From a bacterium (GTDB lineage: Bacteria; UBA8248): a DNA stretch of 64,000 bases. Below the pieces are notes generated by a model that saw only the letters and a program-made list of their open reading frames with translations, did not search any database and had not been told where the DNA came from. The stretch covers positions 1,760,001 to 1,824,000 of the forward strand of contig CBDBBI010000010.1 of assembly GCA_965202625.1 (NCBI GenBank), in the 5' to 3' direction. Positions 18,861 to 28,667 of this stretch are shown piece after piece (position 1 is the first letter of the stretch; the number at the start of each line of letters is the position of its first letter). A program made the translations under genes and the position numbers.

Positions 18861-19625
18861 TTAGGTGGCCTGCTCCGCCGCCTGCATCGCTTCTTCGAGC
18901 TCCTTCGGGGTGAGGGGATCGCCCACGCCGATCATCGAGTCGCGCGTCACGAGTTGGAAGAGTTGCGCCTCGCTCCAGCCCCCGGTTCCTTCCGGCCGCT
19001 GGGGGATGATGAGGTAGCGGCAATCCGCGTTCGAGTCGATGACGATGAGTTCCACGTCATCGGGCGGCTCTAAGCCCATATCCTTGAGGACGCCCCTCGG
19101 GTCGGTCACGGCCTTCGAGCGATAGGGGAAGCTCTTGTACCAGGTGGGCGGCTGGCCGAGGAGCTGTCTCGGGTAGCACGAGCATAGGGTACACACCACC
19201 ATGTAGCGAAGCGAATCGGTATTCTCGAGAGCCACCACGCGGTTGATGCCGGAAGTGTCGATTCCCATCTCCTCGCAGGCAACATCCGCATCCGCCAAGA
19301 GCCTTTCCTTGAAACCTTCATCCACCCAGGCGCGCGCGACGACGCGCGAGCCGATGGCCGGGCTCTGCCCATAAATCTCCTCCACCGACCGCCGCATCTC
19401 GTCGGTGGTGAGAATGCCCTTCTCTCGCAGGACGTTCATCAGCGCCATCACGCGCACCTGATAGTAATCCAAGTCATGCTCGACCTGGGCCACTGCGCCC
19501 GCCCGGTAGGCGTCGTCGGACTGCATCCGCGCGTTGTGAGCCGCCGGGTCCTGGCTGTAGGTGCGCTCGTGATCGCCGTGGTGGTGATGCCGGTTTCCGT
19601 TGTCATGATCGTGGGAGTGCGTCAT
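18861..19625 (-). CDS. Nitrile hydratase alpha / thiocyanate hydrolase gamma-like subunit (Co-type motif)
   Basis: VVARAWVD, VVCTLCSCYP, PQRPEGT, LVTRDSMIGV; His-rich N-terminus; start MTHSH behind GAGGAG. Confidence 0.92.
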   Translation of the reverse strand: MTHSHDHDNGNRHHHHGDHERTYSQDPAAHNARMQSDDAYRAGAVAQVEHDLDYYQVRVMALMNVLREKGILTTDEMRRSVEEIYGQSPAIGSRVVARAWVDEGFKERLLADADVACEEMGIDTSGINRVVALENTDSLRYMVVCTLCSCYPRQLLGQPPTWYKSFPYRSKAVTDPRGVLKDMGLEPPDDVELIVIDSNADCRYLIIPQRPEGTGGWSEAQLFQLVTRDSMIGVGDPLTPKELEEAMQAAEQAT

Positions 19626-19665
19626 GTCGTGCTCCTCGTTCACGGGTGACGCCGGCGGCCTCGCC

Positions 19666-19953
19666 TCAGACCGGCTCCAGCCAGTGCTCATAGATTTCGA
19701 TATAGAGTTTGTCCTGTTTTCGTCCCGCCTCGTGATCCCACAGATCGTTGATGTCAAACGCCACCCAATAGAGCTCCTTGAGCGGAGAACCGTCTCCGCC
19801 GTAGGCTAGATCTTCAGGATTTTTGTATTTGCCGAAGTAGCGGTTGACGACACCGGTCTTTCCCTTCACGTAATACACTGTTCGATGATGGCTGTGCGGG
19901 TACATCTCCTTGACGCGCACCCTGTCGCCCACGCGAAACCGGATTTTCTCCAT
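19666..19953 (-). CDS. Nitrile hydratase beta C-terminal SH3-like / thiocyanate hydrolase alpha-like subunit
   Basis: FRVGDRVRV..HHRT..YVKGKTG..NPEDLAYG..IYEHWLEP. Confidence 0.9.
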   Translation of the reverse strand: MEKIRFRVGDRVRVKEMYPHSHHRTVYYVKGKTGVVNRYFGKYKNPEDLAYGGDGSPLKELYWVAFDINDLWDHEAGRKQDKLYIEIYEHWLEPV

Positions 19954-20210
19954 CGCGACCTCCCCCCTTCCAATCGGGTCGAACCCGGCTACGAAAAACC
20001 ATTCTACACCGCGAAAGCCCTTTGTCCAGTCGCTTCTGGCGGGCTCCCTCGCGCCTTAAGCGGGCGATGGACACCTCCCGCGTGCGTGCACTAGCCCTTA
20101 GCTAGAGTCGCGCGCAGAAGTTGCGGGTTGTCGGAATGGTCGCTCCCGCCCCTGGACTTCTGCGCGGCGTGATTGATCTTCACTTCAGCTGTCGTCCACC
20201 TGTCAATTCC

Positions 20211-21224
20211 TCACGCCGCAAGTCGGTACACGCGCCGGGCGTTACGGGAGAGAATCATCTCCCGCTCCGCTTTGGGGAGGCGACTCAAACCCGGAATCTC
20301 CCGCGCAAGCTGATGATAGCCCATGTCCGCCGGGTAATCCGTGCCGTAGAGAATTCGCTCCGCCCCGAGCGTTCTGACGGCAAAATCGAAGGCGTCCGCG
20401 TTGTGGATGACGGCGTCATAGAAAAAGCGGCTCAGGTAATCTTCTGGCTCCCCCGCTCCATGCGCCTTTGGCTCTTGACGCGCGCCGTAGCCGTGCTGCC
20501 AGCGGCCCCGTATCCAGGGCGTGAAGCCGCCTAGGTGGGAGAGACAAAACTTGAGGTTCGGAAACCGGTCCATCACGCCGCCAAATATCAGGCACGCCGC
20601 GGCGATGGTAGTGTCGAGCGGGTTTCCGATGAAGTTTCTCAGATAATAGTCCCTCAGGCGATCTTCGGCACCCAGAACGTTCGTGGGATGCACGAGCAAG
20701 GGCACCTCAAGCGCCTCCGCCTCGGCCCAGAATACATCCAGGGCCGGATCGTCGAGATTGCGCCCGGCCACGTTCGAGGCGATCATCACGCCGACATGGC
20801 CACTCCGCACCGCGCGCGCGAGCTCGACCGCCGCAGCCTCGGGCGCCTGGAGGGGCACGGTCGCCATACAGGAGAAGGTATCGGGATGCGCCCTGGCCAG
20901 GGACGCTAAGGCGTCGTTCAGAGAGGCGGCCAACTCCTGATTCGCCTCCGCCTCCAGAGCATAAAGCGTCATGGCGGGACCGATAGAGAGCACCTGGCGC
21001 ACAACGCCCATGCGCTCCATGTCGGCGAAGCGAGGCTCCAGTTCATAATAAAGAGGGGTGAGCTTGTTCCTGAGCTCTGTCTCGCGTCCTAGAACCTTGC
21101 CCCGGGTGACAATCCATTCCCCTTGCGCGTCGGCCTCTATCGCCACCGTCCGGCCAAAGCGACCCGCGCGTACATCCTCAATGAACCCCTTGGGGTAGAT
21201 GTGGGTATGGGGATCGATCGCCAT
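20211..21224 (-). CDS. Amidohydrolase-2 family (ACMSD-like) protein
   Basis: IDPHTH, LVHP, SHLGG, ILYGTDYP. Confidence 0.9.
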   Translation of the reverse strand: MAIDPHTHIYPKGFIEDVRAGRFGRTVAIEADAQGEWIVTRGKVLGRETELRNKLTPLYYELEPRFADMERMGVVRQVLSIGPAMTLYALEAEANQELAASLNDALASLARAHPDTFSCMATVPLQAPEAAAVELARAVRSGHVGVMIASNVAGRNLDDPALDVFWAEAEALEVPLLVHPTNVLGAEDRLRDYYLRNFIGNPLDTTIAAACLIFGGVMDRFPNLKFCLSHLGGFTPWIRGRWQHGYGARQEPKAHGAGEPEDYLSRFFYDAVIHNADAFDFAVRTLGAERILYGTDYPADMGYHQLAREIPGLSRLPKAEREMILSRNARRVYRLAA

Positions 21225-21299
21225 ATTCTCATCTCTATCTGGCGGAGGCCTCCGCGCGGGTCGCGCGCTGCGTCTGGAGTCCTCTCCGCCGCCGGGCCC

Positions 21300-22316
21300 T
21301 CACGCTTCCAGCTTGTAGAGCTTCTTCACGTTTTCGTAGAGCATTTTTTCTTGATCCACCTCCGAAAAACGCGAAAGCCCTGGGATTTCCCTGGCCGCGC
21401 CCAGGTAGCCCATGTCGAAGGGATAGTCCGTGCCGTAAAGAATCCTGTCCACCCCCAGCGTGTTCACGGCGAACTCGAAGGAATCCGCATTGTGAATGAT
21501 GGTATCGTAATACAACTTGCCGAAATACTGTTCGGGGTCCTTCGCGCCGCGCGCCTTGGGCTCCTTGCGCTCACCGTAGCCGTGCTGCCAGCGCCCTCGT
21601 ATCCAGGGCGTGAAGCCGCCCACGTGCGAGACCAGAAACTTGATGTTCGGAAAGCGATCGAAAACGCCGCCGAATATCAGGCAGGCGATGGATATCGTGG
21701 TGTCGAGCGGATTTCCGATGAAGTTTCTCAGGTAATAGTCCTTGAGCCTGTCGTTGACACCCATCACGTCCACCGGGTGGATAAAAATCGGGACATCATG
21801 CGCGCACGCTTTCTCCCAGACGACGTCGAGTGCTGGATCGTCCAGGTTCCGGCCGGCGACGTTGGAGCCAATCTGGCAACCAAGGTGGCCGTTTTTCACC
21901 GCGCGGTCGAGTTCCGCCGCCGCCGCTGCCGGGTCCTGGAGCGGAATCTGCGCCATGCACAAAAAACGCTCGGGGCGTTCCTTAGTGAGCGCCGTGAGCG
22001 CATCGTTCAAAGACGCGGAGAGCTCCCTGTTTAAACCGGCGTCAAGTGCGTAGTGCGTCATCGGTGGAACGACGGAGAGTATCTGCATGTCCACGTTTTG
22101 GTTGTTCGCCATGTCGTTCAGGCGCATCTCGATGTCGTAGGTTTCTTTCGGCAAGGGATTCTTGTGAACGCGCTCCTCGCCCAGAACCGTGCTTTTCGTG
22201 ACGAGATGCTCCCACGGATCGCCCGCCTCAATGGTGACGGCGTCGCCGAAACGGCCTTGGCGCACGTCTTCGATGAAACTCTGCGGAGCGATGTGGGCAT
22301 GGGGGTCGATGATCAC
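21300..22316 (-). CDS. Amidohydrolase-2 family (ACMSD-like) protein, paralog of the neighbour
   Basis: IDPHAH, FIHP, SHVGG, ILYGTDYPFD. Confidence 0.9.
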   Translation of the reverse strand: MIIDPHAHIAPQSFIEDVRQGRFGDAVTIEAGDPWEHLVTKSTVLGEERVHKNPLPKETYDIEMRLNDMANNQNVDMQILSVVPPMTHYALDAGLNRELSASLNDALTALTKERPERFLCMAQIPLQDPAAAAAELDRAVKNGHLGCQIGSNVAGRNLDDPALDVVWEKACAHDVPIFIHPVDVMGVNDRLKDYYLRNFIGNPLDTTISIACLIFGGVFDRFPNIKFLVSHVGGFTPWIRGRWQHGYGERKEPKARGAKDPEQYFGKLYYDTIIHNADSFEFAVNTLGVDRILYGTDYPFDMGYLGAAREIPGLSRFSEVDQEKMLYENVKKLYKLEA

Positions 22317-22532
22317 CAGAACTTCTCCTTCATCAATACGTGAACTAAAGAAAAATATCTTCTCGTGAAACGATTCTTCGGAAATTTCGAGGGACGATTA
22401 TGCACGCTCTCAATGCTCCACGCCAGGGGGCGAGACGTCAAGCCCCGAAACTACGGCGCGAGGCGAACCGCCCCAATCCTCTCAAGGAGTTCGCCCCGGA
22501 ACGCTGCCGCGCGAGATTCGACCCGCAAGGGC

Positions 22533-23789
22533 TCAAAACGCCTTGTCGATCACGACGCGCACACCCCTGGCGCCTACCCGCACGGGACGCACCGAGTGGC
22601 CCTCAAGATCACCAGAGCGGGCGGGACCGGCTGAGCCGTCCGCGTCCAGGCGCGCTGTGAGCGAAACCATCCCCTCAAAGGGAACTCCCGGAATCATGAC
22701 GTTTTGCTTCGAAATCACAAACGCCAGTGGGAAGTGAGGCCGCGCCACGCGCAGAACCGCCAGCGGAGGCCCCCCACCCACCTTACGCGCGATCAAAAAG
22801 AGCACAGGCTTGCCCCCAGCTCGCGCGCGCAAGGCGGGGGCGAGTTCGATCGTTCCCGCAATGACGGCGCCGGTTTCGGGCGCCTCAGAGAACACTCGAG
22901 GTTCCCCTTGCGCCTCCTGGGCCAGAAGAATTTGCGCGTCATCGGCGCCCACCTCAACCCGTCCGCGCGCCTCGCCCAGAATGTCTCCCGCCTGCGTCCC
23001 GACCTTGCCATCGCCATCGAGTCTGGCAATGAGACGGACCGCGCCTGAGAACGCCACGTCGCGCAACATCACGTCGCGCTCGCTCATGGTGAACGCCAGC
23101 GGGAACCGAGGCTTCAAGATCCGCACCACCGCTAGGGGGGGGCCGGTGCTTGCCGTCCGCGCGATGATGAAAAGCGCCGCCTTTCCCTCCGCTTTTTCGG
23201 CCAGTTCCGGCGCCAGGCGCACCACGCCCCGAATCCTAGCGGCGCCTTTGATCGGCGGCGCATTCTCGCGCGGTGGCGCGCGTTTCGGCGAGAATTTCCT
23301 CGCCACTCGGGACGGAGGCGCCGTACCCGCTTCATCGATGAGCACATCCACGTTCCGCGCACCTACGGAAACCAGGTGGGGGGCTCTTCCCCCGAAATCG
23401 CCCCTCGACAGCGGCCCCGGAACGCCGTCCGCATCAAGGCGCGCGCGAACGCGGACGCGGCCGGAGAATTTCTGTCCGCGAATCATCACGTCATCCTTCG
23501 TGATGACGTATCGGTAGGGAAACATCGTCTCCACCAGACGCTGCACGGCTATGGGCGGTCCGCCCTCCTCCCGCTCCAGAATGATAAAGAGCGTGCGCGT
23601 GCGCCACGCCTCGACAGGCAGATCCCCGCTCATCCGAATGGTTCCCGAGACCGACTCCTTAGGGGAGCCAAACTCAGGCAGCAGGTCGCAACCGCCCAAG
23701 GGCACGGAGAGGCAAAGCAACAAGAGAGCGGAGCGAAGAATTTTAGACGCGCGCTTCATGCGCTTCATGCGCTTCATGCGCTTTTCCAT
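22533..23789 (-). CDS. Lipoprotein with three CcmI/CycH C-terminal-like Ig domains
   Basis: Lipobox LGGC; three repeats of LF(I/L)I..GPP(I/L)AV..FP..ARLDxDG; start uncertain among several Met codons. Confidence 0.75.
   Translation of the reverse strand: MEKRMKRMKRMKRASKILRSALLLLCLSVPLGGCDLLPEFGSPKESVSGTIRMSGDLPVEAWRTRTLFIILEREEGGPPIAVQRLVETMFPYRYVITKDDVMIRGQKFSGRVRVRARLDADGVPGPLSRGDFGGRAPHLVSVGARNVDVLIDEAGTAPPSRVARKFSPKRAPPRENAPPIKGAARIRGVVRLAPELAEKAEGKAALFIIARTASTGPPLAVVRILKPRFPLAFTMSERDVMLRDVAFSGAVRLIARLDGDGKVGTQAGDILGEARGRVEVGADDAQILLAQEAQGEPRVFSEAPETGAVIAGTIELAPALRARAGGKPVLFLIARKVGGGPPLAVLRVARPHFPLAFVISKQNVMIPGVPFEGMVSLTARLDADGSAGPARSGDLEGHSVRPVRVGARGVRVVIDKAF
23751..23783. repeat. 9-bp tandem repeat GCGCTTCAT x3.7 (encodes MKR repeats)
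   Basis: Direct reading of the sequence. Confidence 0.9.
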
Positions 23790-23846
23790 GATGAATTCAC
23801 GCGCCAAAAGGCTCTCATCTCGTTCAGGCATAGAAAAAGCGACCGT

Positions 23847-24599
23847 TCAAGTGAACTCGCGCAGGCGAACGCACTCAGGGTCCACCACCTCAAGCGCCGC
23901 GCGCTCAGCGGCTGTGGGTTCCGACGTGAAGGGCGCGCGCTCCAGATCCCCCAAATCAAAGCCCGTGGCGGCGCGCAAGGCTTCACGCGTCACGCCCTGA
24001 TGAATCGACTCCACCTGCAGACGACCATTTTCTTTTTGAAAAACGCACATGGGCGTCACCACTCCCGCCACGCCGCCAGATGCGGTCACGTAGCTACAAC
24101 GCTCTGGAAAGCTCCTCGCGTCGTGAACCGTTCTCCAGAGGACGGTGCGCCTGGCAGTGGGTAATATGTGCGCGCTTCCCGCGCCCCCCGGGAGACGCAC
24201 CTTCGGGGCCGACGGATCCCCGATGAAAGAGAGGTTCACGTCCCCGCGCGCATCAATTTGCGCACCGCCCAAAAACGCCAGATCGAGTTTGCCCCGCGCG
24301 GAGAGATCGAAAATTTCCATGAGACTGAAATAAGAAAGTGCCCCCTCCATGAGTTGGCGCGCCACCGTAGAGGTGGGAAGAGAGGAAGGCCGGGGGTTCA
24401 CTCCGCCCGGAATATTCAGATAGGTCAGGTTCGGCGCATGGATTTCTCTCGCCAAGGCGATAGCCGTCATAGGCAGCGGCGAGGCCACACCGTGAAACAC
24501 GACCTCCCCGTCCCGAATGAACCTGGACAAGAAAACCGCCACTCTATCGGCACTCGCTCGCACTTCCTCAGATACCCTCTCCCGCACGAGAGGACTCAC
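23847..24599 (-). CDS. CoA-transferase beta subunit (glutaconate CoA-transferase-like)
   Basis: AFLGGAQIDARGDVN..RLPGGAG; GTGA overlap with the alpha subunit gene. Confidence 0.88.
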   Translation of the reverse strand: MSPLVRERVSEEVRASADRVAVFLSRFIRDGEVVFHGVASPLPMTAIALAREIHAPNLTYLNIPGGVNPRPSSLPTSTVARQLMEGALSYFSLMEIFDLSARGKLDLAFLGGAQIDARGDVNLSFIGDPSAPKVRLPGGAGSAHILPTARRTVLWRTVHDARSFPERCSYVTASGGVAGVVTPMCVFQKENGRLQVESIHQGVTREALRAATGFDLGDLERAPFTSEPTAAERAALEVVDPECVRLREFT

Positions 24600-25435
24600 G
24601 CGACGCCCCCGCACACCGCGTTTTCCGCGTGATCGCGCGCCTTCCAAGAATTGAGATGGGCTCGAGGAAATTCCCCCCTAGAAACCGCATCCACATACGC
24701 GCCCAGCGCATCCTCGTCGATGTCGTAGAAGGGATGACAACCTCCGGGCCGCGCCCCCCCCGGCGCGCGGACGACCGCTCGCGTCATAAAGGCAGGGATG
24801 ACGGTCCTATCCGGTTTTTCGACGAAAAACGCGGTTTCCTCAATGCGCTCGGCCGTCAGAATTAACTCCTCCGCCGCCCTGGACATCAGGATGTCCTCGA
24901 ACACCCCACCCTCTATCCGCGCGTTCCCCTGGACGTCGGCGTAAGGGACGTGAAGCACGGCGAATCTCGGCCTGATTCTGGGAACCATGTGCACCGGAAC
25001 GCCGGTGTAAGGGTCTTTCAACCGCAGAAAGCCCGTGTGTGCCGCCACGTCACTCCCCTGCAGACCCGCAGTCGGCTGGCTCGGCAAACCATAGGCCGAA
25101 GCCCTGAGACCTGCAATGACCGTAGAGCAGGCGTGCTCGACCACCTGCACGCGGCCCTCCTCCACCCCCCGACGATAGGCGGGCGCGAGGCCAAAGAGGT
25201 TCTCGAATCCCACATAGCCCGTCTGCGTTTGCGCCACGGCCCCCGCCGCGCAAAGTAAGTCAACGTCATACGCTCCGGCCGTCTTCACAAGACGCAACCC
25301 TTTGCGCCCTCGTCGGGCGAGCTCCCGGACGAAGGCGGCCGGAGTTCTCGTGAGCGCGTTTCCACCCAAAGCAAGCAAATCTCCGTCTTGGACGAGGGCC
25401 ACCGCTTCTGTAAGAGACATCATTTTGCTTGCCAT
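24596..25435 (-). CDS. CoA-transferase alpha subunit (glutaconate CoA-transferase-like)
   Basis: SLTEAVALVQDGDLLALGG, HVPYADVQGNA, PGGARPGGC. Confidence 0.88.
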   Translation of the reverse strand: MASKMMSLTEAVALVQDGDLLALGGNALTRTPAAFVRELARRGRKGLRLVKTAGAYDVDLLCAAGAVAQTQTGYVGFENLFGLAPAYRRGVEEGRVQVVEHACSTVIAGLRASAYGLPSQPTAGLQGSDVAAHTGFLRLKDPYTGVPVHMVPRIRPRFAVLHVPYADVQGNARIEGGVFEDILMSRAAEELILTAERIEETAFFVEKPDRTVIPAFMTRAVVRAPGGARPGGCHPFYDIDEDALGAYVDAVSRGEFPRAHLNSWKARDHAENAVCGGVA

Positions 25436-25650
25436 CTCTTCCTCCCCGCCCATATGACGAAGTGATGATTATCCCCCAGAGGTGTTCGCCTCTCAAGGTG
25501 GACGAGCGACATATTCTGAAATGTCCGCACAATGGATAGAATTCTCTGAAAAAACATTTTGCCCCATTTGACAAAGATACCCAAATTCCTGATGGTGAAG
25601 ATGTATGTAATGGATGTGTTTTTCCGCTCACCAGGTGCCAGAAATCGCCC

Positions 25651-26616
25651 ATGGTCGACGTAACTTCACCCATCCTTCGCCCGTTTGGAATGCGCATGAA
25701 CCCCCAAGAACATCCGCCAGGAACCACAGACCGGCCCGACCCGGCGGTGGAGATGGTCGATCCTCCCTTGGGCCGAGATATGTCCGCAGGCGATCCAGCG
25801 GGTTGGGAAATCATGGAGTCCGTGTCTGCCCCCCAAACGGATTCCCCAGAAAGCCACGACGTCCCTCCCCACAACCTTCATGATTCGGAGCGATTCAACG
25901 TCAAAATCGACGTATTTGAGGGACCGCTCGAACTACTGCTCACTCTCGTGCGCGAGCACAAGATGGACGTTCACGACATTCCGGTCGCGTTCATCACCAA
26001 TCAGTATCTGAAATACGTGGAGATGCTCAAACGGCTAAACATCAACCTAGCGTCAGAATACCTCGTCATGGCTTCCTATCTCGTCTACGCCAAAAGCAGA
26101 ACCCTTCTGCCCCAGACCGAGGATGCGGAGGAGGAGGAAGATCCGGAAACCCTACGACAGGAACTCCAGCACCAACTCATCGAATATCAAAAATTCAAAA
26201 GAATCAGCGAGGCTCTTCGCCACGCCGAGGAGGAGCAATCCTGGCTCTATACGCGGGAGAGCGGAGACGTCTTTCCGGAGGATAAGGAAGAGGAGACGCC
26301 AAAGCTGCAAGCGACGGTTTTCGACCTCATCGGCGCGATGCAGCGCCTGCTCGAATCCATCGGGGAGGAAGGCGTACACCTCGTGGACATCGACGAACTT
26401 GAAGTCGCCGACATGAGGACCCGGCTGCTCGACGCCTTGGAGAGCACAGGCGCCCAGGGCGTCCTCTTCCACACATTGTTCGAGACGAAGCGAGCGCTTG
26501 AGGTGGTGGCCACGTTCCTGGCGCTCTTAGAACTCGTCAAAGGAAACCTGATCGTGGCGCGACAGGCGTCGAATTTCGGTGAAATCCGTATTATGAAGGC
26601 GGTGCGCGATGAATGA
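25651..26616 (+). CDS. scpA: Segregation and condensation protein A (start uncertain)
   Basis: VFEGPLELLL, ASEYLVMAS..KSRTLLP, TFLALLELVK. Confidence 0.93.
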   Translation: MVDVTSPILRPFGMRMNPQEHPPGTTDRPDPAVEMVDPPLGRDMSAGDPAGWEIMESVSAPQTDSPESHDVPPHNLHDSERFNVKIDVFEGPLELLLTLVREHKMDVHDIPVAFITNQYLKYVEMLKRLNINLASEYLVMASYLVYAKSRTLLPQTEDAEEEEDPETLRQELQHQLIEYQKFKRISEALRHAEEEQSWLYTRESGDVFPEDKEEETPKLQATVFDLIGAMQRLLESIGEEGVHLVDIDELEVADMRTRLLDALESTGAQGVLFHTLFETKRALEVVATFLALLELVKGNLIVARQASNFGEIRIMKAVRDE

Positions 26617-27493
26617 TCCAAAACAGGGGAACCAAGAAGCGGAGCGAGCAGAATCCGAGACGCCTTTTGAATTCGCGGAGGATGGGGCGTCATCTCCATA
26701 CGCCTCGGCTAGAGCTCTGGCGGAGCATCAGCTGGGGGCCATGGAGGAGCTTCGCGAAGAGATGACCTTCGAGATCGATGAGTCGAAAGAACGCGTCGAC
26801 GGAACGGGAGAAATCGATAAGGACGCGCCTCTTGTTATGAAGCTAGGCGAGGCGAAAAAAATCATTGAATCCATACTCTTCGTCGCACGCGACCCGCTTA
26901 GACCGAGGGACATCTCCCCTCTCTTCAGGGACGTGTCGAACATCAGCGCCAATGTCATCCGAAAGCTCCTGAGTGAACTGGTCGAGGAGTATCGGGGCAA
27001 AGCCTTGCAGATCATCGAGGTGGCCGAGGGCTTTCGCCTGTGCACGCGGGCGGAGTTCTCGCCCTGGGTGAAACGATTCCTGAAGACGGAGAAAAAAGCG
27101 AAACTCTCCCGGGCAGCGCTCGAAACTCTGGCCATCCTGGCCTACAAGCAACCTGTAACCAAAACGGAGATCGAACAAATCAGGAGAGTGGATTGCGGCG
27201 GGGTGATACACACCTTGCTTGAGCGCGGCCTCATCCGCATCCTCGGGCGTCGGGACGTCGTGGGCCGGCCCATCGTCTATGGCACTACTCCCTTTTTTCT
27301 GGAGCATTTTGGCTTCAAGAGCCTCTCCGACATGCCGAGGCCCCAGGAATTCGAGGCGACAGGAGGCGCCGATTGGGGGCCGGCGGGAGATGAAGGCAAG
27401 ATCGTCGCGCTGAACGATGAGAACGGCGACGCGCTCGCACAAACGATCCTCACGCCCGATGACAAGGGGCAGAAGTTGGAAGCCGTTTCCTGA
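26609..27493 (+). CDS. scpB: Segregation and condensation protein B
   Basis: LSRAALETLAILAYKQPVTK, GRPIVYGTT..FLEHFG. Confidence 0.95.
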   Translation: MNDPKQGNQEAERAESETPFEFAEDGASSPYASARALAEHQLGAMEELREEMTFEIDESKERVDGTGEIDKDAPLVMKLGEAKKIIESILFVARDPLRPRDISPLFRDVSNISANVIRKLLSELVEEYRGKALQIIEVAEGFRLCTRAEFSPWVKRFLKTEKKAKLSRAALETLAILAYKQPVTKTEIEQIRRVDCGGVIHTLLERGLIRILGRRDVVGRPIVYGTTPFFLEHFGFKSLSDMPRPQEFEATGGADWGPAGDEGKIVALNDENGDALAQTILTPDDKGQKLEAVS

Positions 27494-27601
27494 CAAAACA
27501 CGTCAGACTTTGCTACACCCCAAAGGAGGAACGCGCGGGCTTTCCTCCTTTTTCTCATGCTCGCGCGGTGGAATCCCGCCTTTTCCGCAAGGGTGCCTCA
27601 C

Positions 27602-28546
27602 ATGCGCTTTGGAATCATGGCGGCGGGGGGTGTAGGTGGCTACTTCGGCGCCATGTTAACGAGAGGCGGCAAAGAGGTCGTTTTCATTGCGCGGGGAGCG
27701 CATCTGGAAACCATGAGAAAAGACGGGCTTCGCGTGGAAAGCGTGGCACCGGGAAAATTCACCGTGCGAGAGGCGACGTTCACCGACTCTCCCGAGGAGG
27801 CGGGCACGTGCGACGTCGTCCTCTACTGCGTGAAAACGATCGCCAACAACCTCGCCATTCCTGCCATCGCGCCCATGGTGGGTCCCGACACGGTTATCAT
27901 CAACCTGCAAAATGGGGTGGAAAACGAAAAAAAACTGGCGGCCGTCCACGGGGCGGAACACGTAATGGGCGCCGCCGCCTACATATTCACATCGATATCG
28001 GGGCCGGGACACATTCGACAAATCGGCGGTCCTCGGCGAGTGGTTTTCGGCGAATTGGCGGGTGGCGCGAGTGCGCGCGGCGAGCGAATTCTGACTGCAT
28101 TCAAGGAGGCGCAAATCAACGCCGAACTCTCCGAGGACATTCAGGCGGAGATTTGGACGAAGTTCATCTTCATCTGCGCGGTGGGCGGCATGACGGCGCT
28201 CACGCGCTCTCCCATCGGCGAAGTCATGGCCTATGAGGGGACGAGAAACATGATGCGCGAGACGATGCGCGAGGTTTATCTCGTTGGTCGGGCCAGGGGG
28301 ATCAACCTTCCCGACCGCGCGAACGAGGAGTGCTACCGATTTCTGGACGAGCAAAACCCGGCGAGCAAGGGTAGCCTGTTCCACGACCTAGAGACAGGAA
28401 AGCGTCTTGAGATCGACGCGTTATGCGGGACGGTATCGCGCCTCGGGACGGAAGCGGGCATAAAAACGCCGTGCAACGATTTTATTTTCCATACCCTGAA
28501 GCTCGCCGACCTGCAAATCGCGAGCAAGTTAGGCGCGGCGCGATAA
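27602..28546 (+). CDS. panE: 2-dehydropantoate 2-reductase family
   Basis: AGGVGGYFG, LQNGV, IWTKF, SLFHDL..LEID. Confidence 0.88.
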   Translation: MRFGIMAAGGVGGYFGAMLTRGGKEVVFIARGAHLETMRKDGLRVESVAPGKFTVREATFTDSPEEAGTCDVVLYCVKTIANNLAIPAIAPMVGPDTVIINLQNGVENEKKLAAVHGAEHVMGAAAYIFTSISGPGHIRQIGGPRRVVFGELAGGASARGERILTAFKEAQINAELSEDIQAEIWTKFIFICAVGGMTALTRSPIGEVMAYEGTRNMMRETMREVYLVGRARGINLPDRANEECYRFLDEQNPASKGSLFHDLETGKRLEIDALCGTVSRLGTEAGIKTPCNDFIFHTLKLADLQIASKLGAAR

Positions 28547-28667
28547 GTTCGACGGCTAACGAACGAGACCCCGCTCACTCCCCCGCATTCCCCCACCGCC
28601 TGTGGCGTGGTAGATTTATCCTTCCGCATCGCATTCGTCAACATCCATCCGTGGAGAGGCGCTTTCA

